From NCBI GenBank assembly GCA_030834065.1, contig JAURFX010000001.1, forward strand, positions 1 to 62,823: 62,823 nucleotides of DNA, given 5' to 3'. The notes under the pieces are model-generated. The model was not told the DNA's origin, did not search any database, and worked only from the letters and a program-made list of their open reading frames with translations. Both the position numbers and the translations under genes were made by a program. Positions 56,250-62,823 of the stretch are shown piece after piece (position 1 is the first letter of the stretch; each line of letters opens with the position of its first letter). This DNA comes from Gammaproteobacteria bacterium (lineage in GTDB: Bacteria; Pseudomonadota; Gammaproteobacteria; Steroidobacterales; Rariloculaceae).

Positions 56250-57596
56250 GACTTCTTTAACTTCACTTAAAATTCTTCCGTCATTGAGAGATGTCTCTAT
56301 AAGCTGACCCTTTTCAACTTGCGAAGATTTTCTTATTGCCTGTGAACTGCCTTGAGGTGTAGTGATGCTATAACCTTTCTTGAGAATGCCAAGAGGGCTT
56401 TGGGTATCAAGCACATGGACAAGGCGCGCGAGTGTATTTTTGTTTAAATCTACTTTATAGCGAATCCCATTCTTTAATGTTTTATTCAAATGCACTATCT
56501 TTTCTGTATAAGCTTGCAATCGTCTATGGATCATTTCAGTTTTTAGTCGAGGAGATATTAGCTTATAGGATGAATATAAATTCTTAACTTTTGCTTTAAT
56601 GGCAGAATGAATTTGTTCAGAGTAGTAGTCGATTGTTTGTGAATAGATTCTTAGTTTTTCAAGAGGATGCATGGACTTTAATTTAAATTCTCTCTCTGCG
56701 AGCTGACTTTTTAGATCAACCATTCTTTCTTTTACATGGGATAAAGCTGCTTTATTCATAGCGGTGATCAAGTTTTTAATCTCAACTGTATGAGGCGTAG
56801 TAATTTCAGCAGCCGCAGTGGGTGTGGGTGCTCTGAAATCTGCTACAAAGTCTGCAATGGTATAGTCTGTCTCATGTCCAACTCCTGTAACGATAGGTAA
56901 CTTTGATAAAAGCATAGCCCTAGCAAGCTCCTCTTCATTAAAACACCATAGATCCTCGATGGATCCTCCCCCTCGGGCCAAGATAATCACATCAGCGAAA
57001 TTATCTTCGTTCGCCAAATGAAGATTTTTAATGATTTCCAAATGAGCAAGACTACCCTGCACAGGAGTGGGGTAGATGTATATGGGCATAGAGATAAATC
57101 TACGAGTGACTGTTGAGATAATATCCCTAAGAGCAGCTCCTGTTTGCGAGGTAATGATTGCAATGCCATTGGGTATTTTAGGTAATGGTTTTTTGCGAGC
57201 AGCATCAAAGAGTCCCTCAGAATCTAGTTTTGTCTTAAGCGCTTCATACTTCTTCCTAAGCTTGCCTTCGCCCACCTCGCTTATCTTTTGCGCAATAATT
57301 TGAAAGGTTCCCTGCGTAGGATAAATGGTTACTTTGCCAGAGATTATGACATGATCACCATTCTCTAGATCAAAAAGTAGCCCCATAGCTTGGGCCTTAA
57401 ACATGGCACATCTGATTTGCGATTGGCTATCTTTAAGAGTCAAATAAATATGACCCGAAGAGGGCCGGGCTAAATTTGATATTTCTCCCTCCACATGAAT
57501 ATGACCGATGATGCTCTCAACACAATTTTTCGCAATTTCATTGAGCTCGGAAACTGAGAGTATCTCAGGATCTTGAGTGCTGTGTAGTTCATGCAT
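56241..57596 (-). CDS. xseA: Exodeoxyribonuclease VII large subunit
   Basis: It has an OB-fold N-terminus (VEGEISNL.RPSSGHIYLTLKD), ARGGGSIEDLW and a coiled-coil C-terminus. It is divergent from guaBA, as in E. coli. Confidence 0.9.
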   Translation of the reverse strand: MHELHSTQDPEILSVSELNEIAKNCVESIIGHIHVEGEISNLARPSSGHIYLTLKDSQSQIRCAMFKAQAMGLLFDLENGDHVIISGKVTIYPTQGTFQIIAQKISEVGEGKLRKKYEALKTKLDSEGLFDAARKKPLPKIPNGIAIITSQTGAALRDIISTVTRRFISMPIYIYPTPVQGSLAHLEIIKNLHLANEDNFADVIILARGGGSIEDLWCFNEEELARAMLLSKLPIVTGVGHETDYTIADFVADFRAPTPTAAAEITTPHTVEIKNLITAMNKAALSHVKERMVDLKSQLAEREFKLKSMHPLEKLRIYSQTIDYYSEQIHSAIKAKVKNLYSSYKLISPRLKTEMIHRRLQAYTEKIVHLNKTLKNGIRYKVDLNKNTLARLVHVLDTQSPLGILKKGYSITTPQGSSQAIRKSSQVEKGQLIETSLNDGRILSEVKEVLN

Positions 57597-57704
57597 ATAA
57601 ATAGTATATTTTGAAAGTTTTGTAATTTTAAAGAATTATGTGTCTTAGTAGTAAATTGAGAGAAAGACAAGTAGAATAACATACCGTAACTCATTATAAG
57701 TTCC

Positions 57705-59180
57705 ATGGTCAGAAGCAAAATTGTTCAAGAAGCACTGACATTTGATGATGTTTTACTGCTTCCTGCCTATTCAGAAATACTTCCCAGAGAAGTCCTATTA
57801 GATACAAAGCTCACCAGGAATATCTCATTAAATCTGCCTTTAGTCTCTTCTGCAATGGACTCTGTGACAGAAGCGAGGTTAGCGATAGCTCTAGCGCAAG
57901 AGGGAGGCATCGGCATAATCCATAAAAATATGTCGATTGAGAAACAATCTTTAGAAGTAAGAAAAGTTAAAAAGTATGAAAGCGGAGTGATTACAAATCC
58001 CATTACGGCAAACCCAAGCATGACCGTTAGGGAAGTGATTGAAATAACTAGAAAGAATGGTATCTCGGGGGTACCTGTCGTTGAGCAAGATGCTCTGGTC
58101 GGTATTGTAACTAACCGAGATCTTAAATTTGAGAGCAATGTAGATCAGTCTATCGCTAATGTCATGACCCCCAAAGATAGATTGGTCACGGTCAATGAGG
58201 GTGCTTCTGAGGATGAAGTGCTATCCCTACTAAATCATCACCGCATTGAAAAAGTGCTTGTGGTCGACAGGAGTTTTAACCTTAAGGGGATGATTACAGC
58301 CAAAGACTTTCAAAAGGCAACTGACTTTCCTATTGCTTGCCGAGATGAGTTTGGTGCTCTAAGAGTTGGAGCGGCGGTAGGAACTACTCCCGACACTCTG
58401 GAGAGGGTGGAGGCACTGGTCAATACGAGGGTAGATGTAGTAGTCATTGACACAGCCCATGCTCACTCTAAAAGCGTGATAGATAAGATCAAGGAGATCA
58501 AAGGAACTTTTAAAGATATAGAATTAATCGCAGGAAATATTGTGACAGCAGAAGCTGCTGAATTACTTATTAAGGCTGGGGTTGATGCTGTTAAGGTGGG
58601 AATTGGTCCCGGATCAATTTGTACCACAAGAATTATTGCCGGTGTTGGGGTGCCACAAGTAACCGCAGTTCAGAATATTTATGAAGCAACAAAGAGTAAG
58701 CATATCCCAATTATTTCAGATGGAGGTATTCGATATTCTGGTGATATCGCAAAGGCTATCGCCGCTGGTGCATCGAGCGTGATGATAGGTGGACTATTTG
58801 CTGGTACGGAGGAATCCCCAGGCGAGGTAGAGCTCTATCAAGGCAGATCCTATAAAAATTATCGAGGTATGGGCTCTATTGGTGCTATGGCATCCAAGCA
58901 TGGTTCTTCTGATCGTTATTTCCAGGATGCTAATGATCAATTATCAAAACTTGTACCTGAGGGTATTGAAGGAAGAGTGGCGTATAAAGGGCCGCTTGGA
59001 GCTATTGTGCATCAGCTTGCTGGTGGTTTGCGTGCATCGATGGGCTATACCGGCTGCTCAACGATTGCTGAGCTTCAAAAAAATGGCCAGTTTGTAAAAA
59101 TCTCCTCAGCAGGAAGACAGGAGAGTCATGTTCATGACGTCGTTATCACCAAAGAAGCTCCCAACTATAGGTCCATTTAA
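57705..59180 (+). CDS. guaB: IMP dehydrogenase
   Basis: It has [10 protein letters not shown], a CBS pair and the catalytic loop [12 protein letters not shown]. 491 aa. Confidence 0.95.
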   Translation: MVRSKIVQEALTFDDVLLLPAYSEILPREVLLDTKLTRNISLNLPLVSSAMDSVTEARLAIALAQEGGIGIIHKNMSIEKQSLEVRKVKKYESGVITNPITANPSMTVREVIEITRKNGISGVPVVEQDALVGIVTNRDLKFESNVDQSIANVMTPKDRLVTVNEGASEDEVLSLLNHHRIEKVLVVDRSFNLKGMITAKDFQKATDFPIACRDEFGALRVGAAVGTTPDTLERVEALVNTRVDVVVIDTAHAHSKSVIDKIKEIKGTFKDIELIAGNIVTAEAAELLIKAGVDAVKVGIGPGSICTTRIIAGVGVPQVTAVQNIYEATKSKHIPIISDGGIRYSGDIAKAIAAGASSVMIGGLFAGTEESPGEVELYQGRSYKNYRGMGSIGAMASKHGSSDRYFQDANDQLSKLVPEGIEGRVAYKGPLGAIVHQLAGGLRASMGYTGCSTIAELQKNGQFVKISSAGRQESHVHDVVITKEAPNYRSI

Positions 59181-59186
59181 CTTTAG

Positions 59187-60755
59187 ATGGATTTTTTAAA
59201 TAAAGAACTCAAGTCTAATGGCATCGCTATTATTGACTATGGAAGCCAATACACACAGCTTATTGCCCGAAGAGTCAGAGAGCTCGGTGTTTTTAGTGAA
59301 ATACTTAATCATAGTGTTTCACTTGACACTATCCTGCAGAATAATCCAAAGGCGATTATTTTATCGGGTGGACCAAATTCAGTATTCGATGAAAAATCAC
59401 CAACACTTAACAAGGAGCTACTAAAACTAGATATCCCAATTCTTGGTATTTGTTATGGCATGCAGCTTCTTGCTAATGAATTAGGTGGAGAGGTAAAGCC
59501 TTCTGACAAAAGAGAGTATGGTCTCGCAACAATCCAGCTTAATCATGAAAGCAGTCTCTTTAAGAACCTTAAAGCTCAAGAACTCAATGTTTGGATGAGT
59601 CACGGAGATAGCCTTACCCAAATCCCTGAAGGCTTTAAAGCTACCTCATCATCAAGCAATACGCCCTTTGTTGCGATGGAAGATACAAATCAAAAAATCT
59701 TTGGCATTCAGTTTCATCCTGAGGTCACGCATACCGAAAAGGGAGAAACAATTCTAAGTAATTTCATTTTTGAAATTGCAAAATGTAAATCATCTTGGCA
59801 AATAGATGATTTAGTTGAAAATATTATCAGTGTGCTTAAAGATAAAATTGGAAACTCTAAAGTCTTACTCGGTCTGTCTGGGGGTGTCGACTCATCGGTA
59901 GTTGCTGGCCTACTGCATAAAGCTATTGGAGACCAGTTAACTTGTATTTTCGTTGATAATGGACTGCTCAGGCTTAATGAACGCAACCAAGTTGAGCAAA
60001 CCTTTAAGAAGAATATGGACATCAAACTAGTATGCGTCGATGCTTCTGAAAAATTTCTTGATGCACTAAAAGGCGTGACCGATCCCGAAGAAAAAAGAAA
60101 GATAATAGGAAATAAATTTATTGAAGTATTTGAGGAAGAATCGGCAAGGCTGGAGGGCGTCAAATATCTTGCTCAAGGCACCATATATCCAGATGTCATT
60201 GAATCTGCAGGAGGAGTCGAAGGTCAAGCGGCTCATGTAATAAAATCACATCATAATGTGGGCGGACTTCCTGAATACATGAAGCTTGATTTAGTTGAGC
60301 CCTTAAGAAGTTTCTTTAAGGATGAGGTTCGCTCGATTGGAAGTGCAATTGGCATCCCTGATTCAATTATTCGTAGGCATCCCTTCCCAGGTCCAGGATT
60401 GGGCGTAAGAATATTAAATGAAGTGAAGAGGGAGTATGCCGATAAATTACGCCTCGCAGATCATATTTTCATTGAAGAGTTAATTTCAAATAATTTATAT
60501 CATCAAGTCAACCAGGCTTTTGCAGTTTACTTGCCTATTGCCTCAGTTGGTGTTGTCGGGGATGGTCGTGCATACGAACATGTCATTGCATTAAGAGCGG
60601 TTGAGACCAAAGATTTTATGACAGCAAATTGGGCGAGACTGCCTTATGATTTTCTAGAGAGGGTTTCCTTAAGAATTATCAATGAGGTGAGAGGCGTTAG
60701 TAGGGTTGTCTATGATATCTCAGGAAAGCCACCCGCTACTATTGAATGGGAGTGA
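59187..60755 (+). CDS. guaA: GMP synthase (glutamine-hydrolysing)
   Basis: GATase Cys (GICYGMQ), the PP-loop SGGVDSSV and the C-terminal PPATIEWE. 522 aa. Confidence 0.95.
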   Translation: MDFLNKELKSNGIAIIDYGSQYTQLIARRVRELGVFSEILNHSVSLDTILQNNPKAIILSGGPNSVFDEKSPTLNKELLKLDIPILGICYGMQLLANELGGEVKPSDKREYGLATIQLNHESSLFKNLKAQELNVWMSHGDSLTQIPEGFKATSSSSNTPFVAMEDTNQKIFGIQFHPEVTHTEKGETILSNFIFEIAKCKSSWQIDDLVENIISVLKDKIGNSKVLLGLSGGVDSSVVAGLLHKAIGDQLTCIFVDNGLLRLNERNQVEQTFKKNMDIKLVCVDASEKFLDALKGVTDPEEKRKIIGNKFIEVFEEESARLEGVKYLAQGTIYPDVIESAGGVEGQAAHVIKSHHNVGGLPEYMKLDLVEPLRSFFKDEVRSIGSAIGIPDSIIRRHPFPGPGLGVRILNEVKREYADKLRLADHIFIEELISNNLYHQVNQAFAVYLPIASVGVVGDGRAYEHVIALRAVETKDFMTANWARLPYDFLERVSLRIINEVRGVSRVVYDISGKPPATIEWE

Positions 60756-60873
60756 CAAACTAAAATGGAAGATTTGAAAATTCAAGAGTTAGACAAATCG
60801 TCTATTGAAGGAAGACTTCACCTCTGGAAAAAAATAAAGACAATACCTGATGGAGAAATTAAACCTTTAAGAA

Positions 60874-61095
60874 ATGATTAATTTTTATTCTTTTCTCCAT
60901 TTCATTCTTTATTTTTTCTTTGGAAGGTATCTATTTTTTTCATGGGGAATTTTTCTTCTTATATCTCTGTCCTGGGAGCTTCTTGAAATTTTTCTTCCTT
61001 TTCAGTTTGCAGTTGAAACCTTTGAAAATAAATTTTCTGACATCATCTTCAATACTCTCGGATTTTATTTAGGGATTAAAAGTAAACGAAATTAA
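60874..61095 (+). CDS. Hypothetical small membrane protein (73 aa)
   Basis: It has two hydrophobic segments (FLHFILYFFFG; GIFLLISLSW). No family was recognised. Its 3' end overlaps the stop of the convergent hydrolase gene by 4 nt. Confidence 0.35.
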   Translation: MINFYSFLHFILYFFFGRYLFFSWGIFLLISLSWELLEIFLPFQFAVETFENKFSDIIFNTLGFYLGIKSKRN

Positions 61096-62270
61096 TTAAG
61101 ACTTATGATCTGGCTGCTCAATGCATTGATAATTGCTTGCACATGTTGAAAATCCTCATCTTGATTGGCCCTAAGTGCATTGTTATGGGTGGCAATAACT
61201 AAATTCTTATTAGGGTTGATGTATATCCATTGCTGGAAAATACCCCTTGCATAATAGGCTTCCTCGTCTGCTAGCCACCATGAAAGCCCATAACCTGAAT
61301 TTTGATCTGAGGGTGAAGTAGAAATCTCCATCCAGTCAGCTGCAAAGGTCTCTGTACCATCTGCCAAAATACCGCCATCAAGGGCAAAGAGCCCAATCCG
61401 TGCATAGTCTCTCAAGGTTGCATTCAGGCAACAACCACCCGTTTCACTTCCATTAGGGCTTGATAGAAGCCAATAGGCATTATGCTCCATACCATAAGAA
61501 GACCATATTTTTTCCTCAAGATAGCTTGAGGCATTAACATTTATTGCAGAGCGTAACAATTCTCCAGCTAAGTTGGATTCAGCGGTATTGTAATTATAAA
61601 GTGCCCCAGGAGCTGCGACTCGTGGCAGACCAGATAAATATGAAATAAGCCTCTCTCCGTTATAAGTGCCTGCGATGGCAACATCTGATTCTGGATCTCC
61701 ATAATCCTCATTCCAAGCAATGCCGGTAGACATTTGCAGTAAATTTCTAATGGTGACAGCTTCGTATTCTGTCCCCTTAAGTGCAATGATGTAATCACTG
61801 ATAGGGTCGTCTATGCTTTCTATGTATCCATCTTTAATTGCCGCACCGATTAGCATAGAGGTAATCGATTTTGTCACTGAAAATGAGACCCAAGTAGTAT
61901 CCTCTTCATGACCATCTGCATAATCTTCCAGTAAGATATTATTACCTTGGACCACAATAAGTCCGCGAAACGCCTCTCGACCCTCAAAGTCATCCAAGCT
62001 ATAAATTTCATCATCAACTTGATATCTAAAGTCATTCCAGTCTTGCAGCGAGTAATTTAGCTCTTTGATATTATTGCCAGCAGCGACTGTTCTTGTAGGC
62101 GCAAGATGATCTACATTTGCAAAGGCAAACTCTCTCACTTCCTGGGGTAAAAAAAGTATATTTCTCGTCGTGATTTCAGGCATGCCAAAGCTTTGTTCAC
62201 TGTTTCGATTAAAGAAGATAAACAAGACTGCAATGAATACGAGAAGAATAATTAATGATAGTTTTTTCAA
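61092..62270 (-). CDS. Membrane-anchored beta-lactamase-fold serine hydrolase (class C / esterase EstB-like)
   Basis: It has an N-terminal anchor (LIILLVFIAVLFIFF), the S-x-x-K motif SVTKS and a Y-x-N motif (YNYN). 392 aa. Confidence 0.75.
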   Translation of the reverse strand: MKKLSLIILLVFIAVLFIFFNRNSEQSFGMPEITTRNILFLPQEVREFAFANVDHLAPTRTVAAGNNIKELNYSLQDWNDFRYQVDDEIYSLDDFEGREAFRGLIVVQGNNILLEDYADGHEEDTTWVSFSVTKSITSMLIGAAIKDGYIESIDDPISDYIIALKGTEYEAVTIRNLLQMSTGIAWNEDYGDPESDVAIAGTYNGERLISYLSGLPRVAAPGALYNYNTAESNLAGELLRSAINVNASSYLEEKIWSSYGMEHNAYWLLSSPNGSETGGCCLNATLRDYARIGLFALDGGILADGTETFAADWMEISTSPSDQNSGYGLSWWLADEEAYYARGIFQQWIYINPNKNLVIATHNNALRANQDEDFQHVQAIINALSSQIISLN

Positions 62271-62298
62271 TTAGATCAACCTAAAATGAAATAGAGCA

Positions 62299-62595
62299 AT
62301 GTTTAGCATTTTAATCAAAAATTGTTACTCAATCTATTTTAGTTTTTACCTGCTCTGGTGGGTATCGGTTTTAATTATAGTGCTAGATGAGGGATTCAGT
62401 CCTAGGCAAGACTTACCATGGTTTTTTCTTTTTTCTGGATTAGTTGTTTTGTTATGGTTCACTAAATATTTTTTAACCAATGACCGAAAAATTATTTTTC
62501 ATGACGGCATGAAGCTAACAAATAAAATTTTTCATTTAGTTTTCATATTCTTCCTTACTTTTTTCATGATCGCTGAAAGTTATGATTTGGGTTAG
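62299..62595 (+). CDS. Hypothetical membrane protein (98 aa)
   Basis: Three hydrophobic segments. No family was recognised. Confidence 0.3.
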   Translation: MFSILIKNCYSIYFSFYLLWWVSVLIIVLDEGFSPRQDLPWFFLFSGLVVLLWFTKYFLTNDRKIIFHDGMKLTNKIFHLVFIFFLTFFMIAESYDLG

Positions 62596-62823
62596 TTTAC
62601 TATTTGCCTTGCTTTTTTCATGGATTGGCTTTGTCAATACCTTTTGGGGCAATGATCCTTATTTTGGATTGATCATCTTTGCTTTATCCTTTATTTACTA
62701 TCTGCCTTTGATCAAGATGATTGAGCGAAATCTTGATATTGTTCTAATAAGGTGGATGATGATTGTGCTTGGAGTATTAATCCTTTGGGCAAGCCTTGGG
62801 GTGGGAGAGCTCTTTGATAAAAT
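62581..62823 (+). CDS. Hypothetical membrane protein, 3'-truncated by the window edge
   Basis: This ORF is absent from the ORF track because it has no stop. The ATG at 62581 opens a frame that stays open for 81 codons to the window end (MIWVSLLFALLFSWIGFVNTFWGNDPYFGLIIFALSFIYYLP...). It overlaps the previous ORF by 15 nt. Confidence 0.3.

Noticed and set aside
1-62823. CRISPR arrays, IS elements or transposases, prophage genes, toxin-antitoxin pairs and known defence systems.
   Set aside because: Reading both strands, I found no spaced direct-repeat array, no transposase or integrase beyond xerD, and no nuclease, helicase or methylase cluster typical of defence islands. Nearly all coding capacity is accounted for by recognisable metabolic and housekeeping genes.

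Overview
AT-rich, very gene-dense chromosomal segment with about 66 protein genes, one tRNA and one riboswitch. Most intergenic gaps are under 100 nt, and many start/stop overlaps are only 1-16 nt. The core synteny is gammaproteobacterial: xerD-dsbC; queA-tgt-yajC-secD-secF; suhB/trmJ-iscS-iscU-iscA; ndk-rlmN-rodZ-hisS-yfgM-bamB-der; xseA/guaBA. Low GC, tight packing and frequent TTG/GTG starts suggest a streamlined marine gammaproteobacterium, but that is inference only. The left half is dominated by molybdenum-cofactor metabolism. It holds a Tat-exported PaoABC-type molybdoenzyme plus xdhC, moeA, moaA-C-D-E, mocA and moaB. Interleaved with these are a pyruvate carboxylase/aminotransferase/MFS/BKACE operon, folE, glnS and an orphan TRAP binding protein. 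The clearest regulatory RNA is a TPP riboswitch at about 25514-25608. It precedes a thiamine-scavenging operon of a TonB-dependent receptor, a PnuT-like channel and a ThiK-like kinase. I saw no CRISPR array, IS element, prophage, integron or recognisable defence system, so most of the window is ordinary housekeeping DNA. The least explained parts are: (a) an ECF sigma/anti-sigma/double-PDZ module beside tRNA-Leu; (b) an IscU-like protein lacking two of the three cluster-ligand cysteines, within a pared-down isc locus; (c) an MFS transporter translationally coupled to mocA; (d) the pyc-aspC-MFS-BKACE operon; (e) a TPR plus secreted TonB-C-domain pair; (f) small membrane ORFs around a beta-lactamase-fold hydrolase at the right edge. 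All functional calls rest on motif and family recognition by eye, with no database search. Start codons are the least certain coordinates.
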